Virus record (IMG/VR): IMGVR_UViG_3300045988_126226
Location: 131,035 to 192,808 of that record
Origin: a virus
Length of the DNA: 61,774 bases
Strand: one strand, 5' to 3'
Part shown: piece after piece, positions 50,915-61,155 of the stretch
How positions within the stretch are numbered: the stretch's first letter is position 1
Layout of the letters: every line of letters begins with the position of its first letter
Notes under the pieces: model-generated
The model's input: the letters and a program-made list of their open reading frames with translations, nothing else
What the model was told of the DNA's origin: nothing
Databases searched by the model: none
Position numbers and translations under genes: made by a program

Positions 50915-51715
50915 TTGAAATATTGTGTTTCCGTGCGTCAACCTGATGTTGTCCGCGAGAAAGCTGATGAGCTTATGGTTAATTATAATGATATAAACAT
51001 TATGTATGATATGATTTAGAAATTCCCCAATAAGCGATATATTATCAGAATCCGCAAAAACGAAGAAGTGAATTGGGAAGAGATTGACTCCTTTAAGGAT
51101 AAAGTCGATCTTATTGTAGCATTTGAAGATATGCTTACTCGTAATGGGTGTAATATTGATGTAAAGTATTATTTCGCTTATCCTGCTACTACATGGGCGG
51201 AAGTCCGCGTTCTCCTTGATCTTAAAGTTAGCGAACTTTTCATCGGGGCACCGCTTACGTTTGATTTAAAACAATTAAATCAGCAAGCAAAAGTTCCAAT
51301 TCGTATGATTGCGAATAAATGCTATGACGATAACCTTCCAAGAGAAAATGGAATATGCGGCTCCTACGTCCGACCGGAAGATGTAGATTATTATGGAACA
51401 TATGTTTCAACGTTAGAATTCGATGAACCCGCACTCTCTAAGGAAGCCGTGCTTTTGGATATCTACCAAAGCGGTCATTGGCAAGGTAATCTAAACCTTT
51501 TATTAACTAATTTAAATTATAATGCGGATAATCGTGGAATTCCCGAAGATTTTGGCCCTAACCGCATTAATTGCGGTCAGCGCTGTCAACGACAAGGTAC
51601 TTGCCACTATTGTGAAACCGCGTTTATATTCTCTCGTGTTATAGATAAAGCAGTTCAAGCAAGCAAGCAGAATAATCCTATCTCCGAGGCGGAAGAGGAG
51701 TCAATTGACAAATAA
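50915..51715 (+). CDS. hypothetical protein (up to 266 aa if TTG 50915 and TAG readthrough; 215 aa if GTG 51068)
   Basis: SD aaaggagtg before TTG; C-terminal CGQRCQRQGTCHYCE motif. Confidence 0.4.
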
Positions 51716-51766
51716 AAAAAATAATGTTATAATATAAATATAAGATAAAAGATAGGAGAATAAACT

Positions 51767-52873
51767 GTGAGAGGTTTTAAAACTAATGAACTTTGGTTAT
51801 TTGAATATCTGGTTCGCTCGACGCAAGATGAGTTAAGAGAATATGTTGCCGATGTATTGAAAGCTAAATACACTCAAGTAATTGATACTAAAGAGTATGT
51901 TTGCGCGGTTGGGGATATTCCAATCGCATTAGTGGCTCATCTTGATACGGTGTTTGAGAAGCCGGTCAAAGATTTATATTATGATACAAGAAAAAATGTG
52001 CTTTGGTCTCCGGATGGGCTTGGCGCGGATGATAGAGCGGGAGTATATGCGATTCTTCATATTTTGAGAAATACACCTTTGCGCCCTTCTATTATTTTCA
52101 CTACCGATGAAGAGCTTGGTGGATTAGGCGCCGAAGCATTAGTATTACAGTATTTTGATTGTCCGTTTCCTGATTTGAAATATATTATTCAATTAGATAG
52201 ACAAGGTACAAATGATTGTGTGTTTTATGATCTTTACAATCCTAAGTTTATGGATTACATTGAGTCTTTTGGATTTGTAGAGGATTTTGGCACGTTTAGC
52301 GATATTAGTATTTTATGTCCCGAATGGAAAATTTGTGGTGTAAATCTTTCAGTAGGTTATAAAAACGAACATAATCGTATTGAAACATTAAATGCGGGTG
52401 CTCTTTTTGACACAATTAATAAGGTAATCCGCATGCTCCAAGAAAAAGTTATCCCTGATTTTGAGTATTATCGTGATTACCATAGTGTTTGGTTCGATAA
52501 TATGTGTAAAAATTTCCCAACTGATGGCGATGGATTCTACGTTCATTGTAGAGGATGCGGTCAGTTATTTAGTGAATATGAAACATTTCCAGTAAAGGGA
52601 TTAGATGGACATACATGTTTTTATTGCCCTGATTGTATTCCCAGTAATGTTGAATGGTGTGCGGAGTGTGAAGAGGCATTTGAGATTGACCCTGCGAACC
52701 CACACAGCGAGTATTGTAAAGATTGTATTGGAGGATTAGTCAAATGTCATATGACTTCGACATCGAAAGCATTAGAGAACAGTTCAACAAAGTCATCAGT
52801 TACTCCCAAGGAATCAGTAATCCAAAAACAGAAGAACTATTCGAAAGATTCCTCGAAGCCAAAAAAGACTTAA
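51767..52873 (+). CDS. M20/M28/M42-type Zn metallopeptidase fused to C-terminal Zn-ribbon module (368 aa, GTG start)
   Basis: metal-ligand motifs AHLDTV, GADDRAGV, TTDEELGGLGA; C-terminal C..C..C..C pairs; last 130 nt overlap next gene. Confidence 0.55.
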   Translation: MRGFKTNELWLFEYLVRSTQDELREYVADVLKAKYTQVIDTKEYVCAVGDIPIALVAHLDTVFEKPVKDLYYDTRKNVLWSPDGLGADDRAGVYAILHILRNTPLRPSIIFTTDEELGGLGAEALVLQYFDCPFPDLKYIIQLDRQGTNDCVFYDLYNPKFMDYIESFGFVEDFGTFSDISILCPEWKICGVNLSVGYKNEHNRIETLNAGALFDTINKVIRMLQEKVIPDFEYYRDYHSVWFDNMCKNFPTDGDGFYVHCRGCGQLFSEYETFPVKGLDGHTCFYCPDCIPSNVEWCAECEEAFEIDPANPHSEYCKDCIGGLVKCHMTSTSKALENSSTKSSVTPKESVIQKQKNYSKDSSKPKKT

Positions 52874-54177
52874 TTAAATTTTTTCACGGTCATTTAATTT
52901 ATGAGTGGCCGGAAAAGGTATCTTTTTCCTTAGATGATAAAACTAAAGAGCATCGTCTTGAAGAGTTTCTTGAAACAATTAATTATACTTATAATAATGA
53001 AGATTTAAAAGATTTTATTTCAGTAAATAAAGAAGGATTCTTTAATAATACAGTTATAGATACTTATTTTTATAAGGATAAAAAGATTCCAAGAGGAATG
53101 AAATTAGTTAAGGCTTTTAAGTATTTTGAAGAGAATCCGCGCTCTTTGGAAGATATCCAAAATTACGCAAGTCGCATTATCCAAGAGGATAAGATTGAGG
53201 GAACATTATGTTTCTCAGTTCATCCTTTGGATTTTTTGAGCGTAAGTGAAAATACTTACAATTGGCGCTCTTGCCATGCGCTTGACGGCGAATATAGAGC
53301 AGGAAATTTATCCTACATGGTAGATAGAAGTACTTTTATTTGCTATTTGCGCGGAGCGGAGAATCAGAAACTTCCGCATTTCCCTGAAGATGTTCTTTGG
53401 AATTCTAAGAAATGGCGTATGCTTCTTTACATGGAAGATAAACGACGCGGTCTGATGGCTGGTCGTCAATATCCTTTTATGACAACCAATGCTTTAATTA
53501 AAATTAAAGATATTATCAATACTTTTGATAAGGCTTTTCAGCTGCGTGAATGGGTAGACGGAGGTATTACTACTGTCTCTAATAGGATGAGTAGCACTCC
53601 TTTTGGAGAAGAGACTATTGGATTATCTGAAACATGGATTCCTATTTTGTCTCGTTTATATCCTATTAGTGATATCGTTGAAGATATTGGTGAGCATACT
53701 CTTCAATATAATGATTTGCTTTATTCTTCTTGCTATTTGCCTATTTATAGTTTAAAATTGTATTATTATCCATTTGACAAGACTGATCTTCCTCATTGGT
53801 CTATTGGTGGTGATGTTCCTTGTTTACAATGCGGTAAAACTATAATTGAAAGTGGAGAATATATGCGATGCGGAGATTGTGAATTCAGTTATGGAGTAAA
53901 TGAAGACGATAACTATGGTTATTGCGCTTGTTGCGGTTCTCGTATAATCCTTGATGAAGCAAATTCCGTAGGCGATGAAAATGAATTGGTTTGCGATAGT
54001 TGTGCGGATACTTATTGTAAACGATGCGAATGTTGTAATAATTTATATTATACAGAAGATATTCACTATCATAAAGGAACTGATATGTATTTATGTCCTT
54101 GGTGCTTTAGAGATGCTGGTGAAGAAAAAGTTAATAATTTTAGGTCTTTAAAAGACTTTATACATAATTTTAGTTAA
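52744..54177 (+). CDS. large Cys-rich protein, paralog 2 (477 aa)
   Basis: ATG 52744 with SD ggagga; paralog of 48632..50236 over whole length. Confidence 0.6.
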   Translation: MSYDFDIESIREQFNKVISYSQGISNPKTEELFERFLEAKKDLIKFFHGHLIYEWPEKVSFSLDDKTKEHRLEEFLETINYTYNNEDLKDFISVNKEGFFNNTVIDTYFYKDKKIPRGMKLVKAFKYFEENPRSLEDIQNYASRIIQEDKIEGTLCFSVHPLDFLSVSENTYNWRSCHALDGEYRAGNLSYMVDRSTFICYLRGAENQKLPHFPEDVLWNSKKWRMLLYMEDKRRGLMAGRQYPFMTTNALIKIKDIINTFDKAFQLREWVDGGITTVSNRMSSTPFGEETIGLSETWIPILSRLYPISDIVEDIGEHTLQYNDLLYSSCYLPIYSLKLYYYPFDKTDLPHWSIGGDVPCLQCGKTIIESGEYMRCGDCEFSYGVNEDDNYGYCACCGSRIILDEANSVGDENELVCDSCADTYCKRCECCNNLYYTEDIHYHKGTDMYLCPWCFRDAGEEKVNNFRSLKDFIHNFS

Positions 54178-54258
54178 GGAGAATTATATATGGCTAAAGG
54201 TAAAAAATGATTAATCCTTTAGCCATAAAATTCTATTTCTATAAAGGGAGTTGATTTT

Positions 54259-54996
54259 ATGATTGATGAAACTGGAAATAGATACGGTAAATTAACTGTT
54301 ATAGAATATGTTAAAATTAAACAAAAAACCGGAAAAATAAAAGGTAAATGGAAATGTTAGTGTGATTGTGGAAATATTGCTTATTGTGATGGAGCAGATT
54401 TAAGAAGAGGACATTCTACTTCTTGCGGATGTTTATAGAAAGAAAAAAGTAAAAAAAGTGTTTTTATTGATTTAACTGGATAGCAATTTGGAGGTTTAGA
54501 AGTTTTAGAGAGAGATATGAATTATTAGGGACATGGCTCTAGGACTCATTGGATTTGTAAATGTCATTTTGCGGAAATATAAAGAGTATTGGAAGTTATG
54601 CTTTAAGAAAAGGCCAAGTTGTTTCTTGCGGATGCTAGCGATCTAAAGGCGAATTAAAAATTGCTAAAATGTTAAATGAAAATAATATAAAATTTGTTTA
54701 GGAATTCAAGTTTGAAGGTCATAAAAATAGACGTTTTGATTTTGCAATATTGGATGATAATAATAAAGTAATTCGTTTAATTGAATTTGATGGAATTCAG
54801 CATTATTATAAGCCTAGAGCAAATCATTGGAGTGCTAGTTCTACTTTAGAGGAAACATAGTAGAGAGATAAAGAAAAAAATAATTTAGCTAAATAGTATA
54901 ATATTCCATTAGTTAGAATACCTTATTGGGATATAGATAAATTTACTATAAAAGATTTGATAAATAATGATAAATTTTTAATTAAGGAGAATTAAA
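54259..54996 (+). pseudogene. frameshifted paralog of the 40346 Zn-ribbon/PD-(D/E)XK endonuclease (TAG-rich)
   Basis: N-terminal repeats and C-terminal RFDFAILDDNNKVIRLIEFDGI-Q-HYY domain both present, but need a frame change near 54566 (2-nt indel relative to copy 1) plus TAG readthrough. Confidence 0.45.
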
Positions 54997-54997
54997 T

Positions 54998-55306
54998 ATG
55001 GCAAGCAAAGGTGCAGTAGCTAAGGAACAAATTGCCAAGAAGATGGCAGAAACATTTGGCGCTGACTGGATCGGCGAGAGAGATAAAAAGTATTACCTTT
55101 GGGCTAATGAGAATGGCGAGCGAATTCAGATTGCTATTAGTATGACGTGTCCCAAGACCCCGGTCGGTGAAGCAGGCGCAACCGCGGATTCAAATGTTTT
55201 GAATTTTGAAGATGGGGCAACCGCAGGCGGAGAAACACAGGTTGAAATTACTGTGGATGAAAAGAAAAATGTCGCCGACCTAATGGCAAGATTGGGATTG
55301 AATTGA
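54998..55306 (+). CDS. hypothetical protein (102 aa)
   Basis: SD aaggagaa; TGA; clean terminator 55320-55345. Confidence 0.55.
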   Translation: MASKGAVAKEQIAKKMAETFGADWIGERDKKYYLWANENGERIQIAISMTCPKTPVGEAGATADSNVLNFEDGATAGGETQVEITVDEKKNVADLMARLGLN

Positions 55307-55424
55307 TTTAAAGAGTAATGTCATTTGACATTACTCTTTTTTATTTAACCAAATTAAATTAATGACTTACCTATAAATTTTTAAATTTTATAGAAATAAT
55401 AAAATTTATAAGGAGGTCATTTAA

Positions 55425-55976
55425 ATGGCAATTCCAAAAGCTATAGAACATATGCGTAGTGGAAGTGGTAGTTTAGAAATTATTCCAATTACTTCTACTG
55501 ATGGATTAACTTACACAGGAACCGCAAGATCTATTAAAGAATATAAAGACGGAATGATTATTGGCCTTATTCCAAATATGAATAACGTTGCAACAAATCC
55601 CATTACTAATATAACAATAAATATAAATGGATTAGGTCCTTTAAAATTAACTCAATATTTTATTAAAAAAGAGCACTCTAATAATGGATTAGGGTGTTGG
55701 CATTCAAATACTGCTGTAGAAGCAAATTTTTTATATAAAGATGAAGCTTTTATTGGTCAAATACAATTACAAGAATCTAATAATTATATTTTACCTATCA
55801 ACCCAGGATTAGATTTAACTTAGATTACTAATGGCTCTATGGGGTCTAATTTATCTATTACTGCTAATTCTTCTTATTTAAATAATAATATTTTAAGAAA
55901 TATTAAAATATCTACTTCCGCACCCACTTCTTCAGATGGAAATGTTGGAGATATTTGGATTTAGTATTTCACTTAA
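55425..55976 (+). CDS. late tail-associated protein (183 aa, 2 TAG)
   Basis: SD aaggaggt; frame open to TAA only with TAG as sense. Confidence 0.45.
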
Positions 55977-55992
55977 TAAAGGAGGGATTTAA

Positions 55993-57408
55993 ATGCCAAA
56001 TACTTATAATCCTTCTGGCACTTCTATAACTGACTATTCTTCTATTAAATTTATCCCAGGAGATACTATTAATGGTAGTTATTCGGGAGCAGTAAATCCA
56101 GTAAAGCTTCCCGCAGGAAATTATCAACTAGAGTGTTGGGGTGGTTATGGTGGAATCGGCTATTCTGGTTCTTTAACTTCATCAACAATGACTTCATGGA
56201 TATATATAGGAAGTGGTAATGCAACTAGCTATTTTAACATTAATAATGATTCAAATTATTATTTTCGTCAAGATGGAAATGATTGGATAGCTACTAATGG
56301 AGGAATAAATTCAAGTACTGCTACAACTACATTAACTTGTACTTCTGGAGGAACTTATAAATTTTCATATTATTATAAAACTGAAGCGGGCTATGATGAA
56401 GTCACTTTAATAGTTGGAGGAACTACAGTTTTAAATGCTGTTTCTGGATCAAGTTCTCTTACTACCACTGGTACTTACTCTTTATCGTCAGGATCTACTA
56501 TTGTAATGACTTACTCTAAAGACAATTCAAGTTCAGTAGATAATGAAGAAGTTTATTTTTAGATTCAAAAATAGGAAAGTAGTACCACTTATACTCCTGC
56601 GAGTTCAAAAAATAGTTATTGGGGTGGGACAGGGGGATATTCTACGGGTATTCTTTCTTTATCAACCCCAACTTCTATTTATTTGTATACAGGGGGGCAA
56701 GGTAATTATTCAAGCGATAGCGAAAAAGGCAAAACGGTTGATGGTGGATTTAATGGAGGAGGTAGCTCTAAAATTAGATGGTATACTTCTGCTTATAGTT
56801 CCGGCGGTGGTGGTGGTGGAGCTTCTGATATTCGTATTGGATCAGATTCTCTTTACGCTCGTGTAATCGTTGCTGGTGGTGGTGGTGGCGGAGCAGGAGA
56901 AAGTAAATCTTCTGTTAAACAAGGTGGTGGATTAACTGGTAATTCTGCTGTTGAAGAATATAAAGCTACATAGACTAAAGCTGGTACTAATGGATCATTT
57001 GGGTAGGGAGCTAATTCTACTGGTTCTGGTAATTATAATTATGGTCCTGGTGGCGGTGGTGGCGGCTGGTATGGCGGCGGTGCTTCTACTAATGTAAGCG
57101 ATGGATCTGCTGATTATAGAACTTATAACGGTGGTGGTTCTGGTTATGTATATACTTCATCAACTGCTTCTAATTATCCCTCTGGCTGTTTATTAAATAG
57201 TAATTATTATTTAACAAATGCTTCTACTACAATAGGATATAGTAAAACTAATCCAGGAGGAAAACATGGATATATTCGTATTACTGTATTATCACCATTA
57301 AATGTAAAAATTAATTCTAATACTTATGTCCCTATTAAAGCAATATATACAAAAATAGATAATACAACTTGGAAAGGAGGTATAACCACATGGCAACCTA
57401 TGACTTAA
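55993..57408 (+). CDS. Gly-rich fibre/receptor-binding-like protein 1 (471 aa, 4 TAG)
   Basis: SD aaaggaggg; ORFs 55993..56562 and 56683..56973 co-linear via TAG; GGGGGGA and NGG repeats; motif LPAGNYQLECWGGYGG; C-terminal HGYIRITV. Confidence 0.5.
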
Positions 57409-58691
57409 CTTCTTCAATTCCTTCTTCTTCTTTTTTAAAAACGGGAGATATATTAAATTGTCCTTATAGCGGAACATATAAATCTATTACTCTCCCAAAA
57501 GGTACTTATAAATTAGAATGTTGGGGTGCTTAGGGAGGAAATGGAACTGCTTCTCCTTCTAATAATTCTCAATTATTTGGAGGAAAAGGAGGTTATTCAT
57601 ATGGAGTTTTTTCTCCTACTTCAGATACAGTTTTATACCTTTATTCTGGAGGACAAGGGGCAACTGCGACTGATACTTCATCCGGCCCAAATGGAGGATA
57701 TAATGGAGGAGGAGCTGGCAGTAAAAATGGAGATAATAATTCTAATACTCAAACTTCAGGTGGAGGAGGAGGAGCAACACATATTGCGATTACTTCAGGA
57801 TTATTAAATACTTTGTCTTCTTCTACGGCTTCAATTTTACTCATAGCTGGTGGAGGAGGAGGAGCTGGAGGTTGGTATGGTTCTTTCTCAACTCAATCTA
57901 GTGATGGCGGATATGGAGGAGGAAATTCTGGAGGATCTGCAGCGAATGGAGGAGGATATTCCGTCTCAGGAGGAACTCAATCAAGTGGATACTCTTTTGG
58001 GCAAGGGGCTAGTGCTTCGACTCATGTAGACCAAGGAGGTGGCGGAGGAGGATATTATGGAGGATATTGTTCCACTGGCACTTCAGATAGTAATATTTGT
58101 GGAGGAGGCGGGGGTTCTGGATATATAAATACTTCAAAACTTACTTCTGCTTCCACAATAGCTGGTAATACTTCATTTACATCTCCAACAGGGACAACTG
58201 AAACCGGACACAGCGGAAATGGATATATAAGAATTACTATTTAGTCTATTGTTAACTGGGCTTATTCTACTATATCAATATCTGCTCCTACTTATAATAA
58301 ATAGAATACTTCTTCTTGGACTTTGACTCCAAGTGCTTGTCGTTATTTTTCTTTTACCCCTACTATTTCAGGAGATTTTATTGTTTATTCTAATTCTTCA
58401 ATAGATACTTATGGTTATTTAACATCAAGTATTACTTCTCTTAATAATAGTGGATCGCCTTCTTCTAATATTTTAGCTAGTAGTGATGATTCCGCAAGAA
58501 AATATGGTGGATCTGGATATAATTTTGGTATTTGTTATAAAGTTACTGCCGGAACTACTTATCATATATTCGTTAAACCTTATAGCGATTCTACTACAGG
58601 TTCAGTATACTTAACTTATTATATGGCTCATCCTGATAGTAGAGTATATGTAAAAATAAATAACACTACATGGAAACTAATAACGAATTAA
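57390..58691 (+). CDS. Gly-rich fibre/receptor-binding-like protein 2 (433 aa, 3 TAG), paralog of previous
   Basis: SD ggaaaggagg; motifs LPKGTYKLECWGAQGG, LYSGGQG, NGYIRITI; includes ORFs 57813..58244 and 58323..58691 in one frame. Confidence 0.5.
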
Positions 58692-58770
58692 AAAATTTTT
58701 TGACATTTTTAAAAAAATAATATATAATATATTTATAAAATAAAGAAAGACCTTTACAGCAAAAATAACT

Positions 58771-58841
58771 TCCAGAATAGACTAAAGGTTAGGTCATAAT
58801 CATTTAAGATTAAGTTAATGGTTCAAATCCATTTTCCGGAC
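58771..58841 (+). ncRNA. tRNA-like element with non-canonical 6-nt anticodon loop
   Basis: acceptor 6/7 bp, D arm with GG, perfect T arm aatgg-ttcaaat-ccatt; anticodon stem taatc/gatta closes a 6-nt loop ATTTAA; needs tRNAscan/Infernal. Confidence 0.25.
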
Positions 58842-58863
58842 AAAGTTAAGGTCTTGTTTATAC

Positions 58864-58948
58864 AAGGGGGTCGCATAGCGGCGATTGCATCGGTCTCCAA
58901 AACCGACGGTTAATACCCACCAGGGTTCGAGTCCCTGCCCTCTTGCCA
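58864..58948 (+). tRNA. tRNA with anticodon CCA (Trp-type) but long variable arm
   Basis: acceptor aaggggg/ccctctt, G73, anticodon arm tcggt-CUCCAAA-accga, variable hairpin ggt-taat-acc, T arm caggg-ttcgagt-ccctg, encoded CCA. Confidence 0.6.
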
Positions 58949-59028
58949 AAACATTTACTTTGGAGGTCGAATTTATATAATTATATAAAAATAAATTTTA
59001 TATAATTATGAAAGGTAGATGTTTAATT

Positions 59029-59775
59029 ATGATAGGAATTTATAAAATTACAAATAAAGTAAATAATCATTGTTATATTGGATAGTCAATAAATATTTAT
59101 GATAGATGGAAGCATGAAAAAAGTGATGCTTTTCGTGAATAGAGTAAAAGTTATGATTATCCTCTTTCACGAGCATTAAGAAAATATGGAGTAGAGAATT
59201 TTACTTTTGAAATTTTAGAAGAATGTTCTCGTGAAGATTTAAATAAAAAAGAAATTGAATATGTTAAAAAATTTAATAGCTATAATGATGGATATAATTA
59301 GACATTAGGTGGCGATGGAACCAAGGGGTTTCAAATAAAATTATCTAATGAAGATATTTATGAAATATATAAATTACTATTAAATGAAGAAATTACTCAA
59401 AATGATATAGCAAAAAAATATGGCGTTGGGATAGATACCATATCAGAAATAAATCATGGGAAAACTAGAATATTAGATGGTTTTACATTTCCTTTAAGAG
59501 ATAATAGAAAAATTCATTTTTGTGTTGATTGCGGAAAAGAAATTTATCGTAGCTCTATAAGATGTAAAGATTGTGATTCAAAAAATTAGAGAAAAGTAGA
59601 ACGTCCTTCTCGTGATATTTTCAAATCTGAAATTAGAAATATTTCTTTTTTACAATTAGGTCATAAATATGGAGTTAGTGATAAATCAATATCTAAATGG
59701 TGTAAATATTATAATTTACCTAGTAAAAAATCAGATATAAAGAAAATTTCTGATGAAGATTGGAAGAATATTTAA
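59029..59775 (+). CDS. GIY-YIG homing endonuclease, I-TevI-like with Zn finger (248 aa, 4 TAG)
   Basis: N-terminus MIGIYKITNKVNNHCYIG-TAG-S (GIY...YIG); DRW; CVDCG..CKDC zinc finger; SD aaagg. Confidence 0.6.
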
Positions 59776-59861
59776 TTTATTTAAACAAAAGAACTTTTTT
59801 GATTTTATTAAAAATATATAATATAATATATATAGAAAGTTGAGAAAGGAGAAAATAAATA

Positions 59862-60044
59862 ATGAATATTGAAGTTGGTAATTCTTATTGTTTTGTCCCT
59901 TATCGCGGTCGTTGTTATCGTAGACAGTATCTTAAATGTACTGTCATTCGAGTATTAAATTATCAGATTGAAGTCCTTGATGAGCATGGTGAAAAATGGC
60001 TTCTTTCAGAAGATGATTTAATGCCAATTCAAAGACCTTATTGA
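59862..60044 (+). CDS. hypothetical small protein (60 aa)
   Basis: middle-type promoter; SD aaaggag; TGA. Confidence 0.5.
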   Translation: MNIEVGNSYCFVPYRGRCYRRQYLKCTVIRVLNYQIEVLDEHGEKWLLSEDDLMPIQRPY

Positions 60045-60197
60045 CATTTTATAAAAAATATTATATAATATTTATATAAGATGAAGAAAGAAAAAAGAAA
60101 ATAAAAAAACTTGGGTAAAAGAGAAAAGTTGATTTTTTAAAAAAAATATAATATAATAAATATATAAAGTAAGGATTTTAAAAAGTCCTTCTTTTAT

Positions 60198-60743
60198 GGG
60201 AGATTAGCTCAGCTGGTCAGAGCATTCGGCTGTTTACTTGACCTTATCATTTTCTTATAAAAAAATGAAATGAATAGTAAACAAAAAGGTAATATTACCG
60301 AGCTTGAAACAATGTTAGCATTTATGAAACTTGGTTATAATGTTCTTACTCCTTACGGAGATTGTGAGCGTTATGATTTTGTGGTTGATGTAAATGGTAA
60401 ATTTATTAGAATTCAAGCTAAAACATCGCGAACTGAAGATGATGGAGCTTCTTTTGCTTTTTCAGGTAGAAGTTCTCACAGGAAAGATGGAAAGATAGTT
60501 CATCATCAATATACTAACGAAGAAATTGATTACTTCGTAACTACTTTTAATGGAAAATGTTATTTGATTCCAGTGGAAGAGTGCGGAGCAGATAAAAGAC
60601 TTCGTATTCTTCCGCCTAAAAACAATCAAGTAAGAGGTATTACTTGGGCGAAAGATTATGAGTTGGAGGAAGTAGTAAGAAAATGGTAAGCTGATGTGTA
60701 AGCAACCGAAGTGCCATAGGTTCGAATCCTATATTTCCCGCCA
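60198..60743 (+). tRNA. tRNA gene split by a 469-bp intervening sequence (exons ~60198-60233 and ~60703-60743); anticodon after splicing depends on junction (GUC/Asp if group-I-like U|...G| junction)
   Basis: 5' half gggagat-ta-gctc-agctggtca-gagc-a-ttcgg; 3' half ccgaa-gtgcc-atagg-ttcgaat-cctat-atttccc-g-cca pairs perfectly with 5' acceptor and anticodon stem. Confidence 0.55.
60270..60689 (+). CDS. PD-(D/E)XK-type endonuclease encoded inside the tRNA intervening sequence (139 aa)
   Basis: motif YDFVVDVNGKFIRIQAK (D..D..QxK); occupies nearly the whole insertion; analogous to intron-encoded PD-(D/E)XK homing endonucleases of tRNA group I introns. Confidence 0.5.
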   Translation: MNSKQKGNITELETMLAFMKLGYNVLTPYGDCERYDFVVDVNGKFIRIQAKTSRTEDDGASFAFSGRSSHRKDGKIVHHQYTNEEIDYFVTTFNGKCYLIPVEECGADKRLRILPPKNNQVRGITWAKDYELEEVVRKW

Positions 60744-60983
60744 TTGGGGCGTTAACACGGATTTTGTAAGTTTAAACTACCACCGATCGAAAGAGTATGT
60801 GGCTTGCGGAAAACGCCCGACTAAATATAAGGAAGCGAAGTAAAACTTATTGTGAAGTAGTGGCTATACTCACATTAATCAAGGCTAAGGGTTCTGGGGA
60901 TCCAAAAGAGTAAAAGTTGGTTCGAGTCCTAACGATTGACGAAGTTCGAATCTTCGCGATGTGGGTTATAAAACTCTTTATTT

Positions 60984-61068
60984 GCCGAATTGGTGGAATG
61001 GTAGACATAGCAGAATTAGACTCTGCCGCCTTAAAGGTGTAAGAGTTCGAGTCTCTTATTCGGCACCA
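60984..61068 (+). tRNA. tRNA-Leu (anticodon UAG), class II
   Basis: acceptor gccgaat/attcggc, A73, CCA encoded, 3-bp D stem, anticodon arm gcaga-AUUAGAC-tctgc, long variable arm, T arm aagag-ttcgagt-ctctt. Confidence 0.65.
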
Positions 61069-61155
61069 GTCCCTCCCTGGGAATGCGTTAAAGGCTTGCG
61101 AACTTTGAACGCAGGTGGTTGGCGACTCCATCTATACATAAATAAGTCGCATTTC

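Noticed and set aside
60759-60836. Additional tRNA suggested by the 8-bp acceptor-like helix GGGGCGTT/AACGCCCG
   Set aside because: The interior cannot form anticodon or T arms. No GTTC T-loop.
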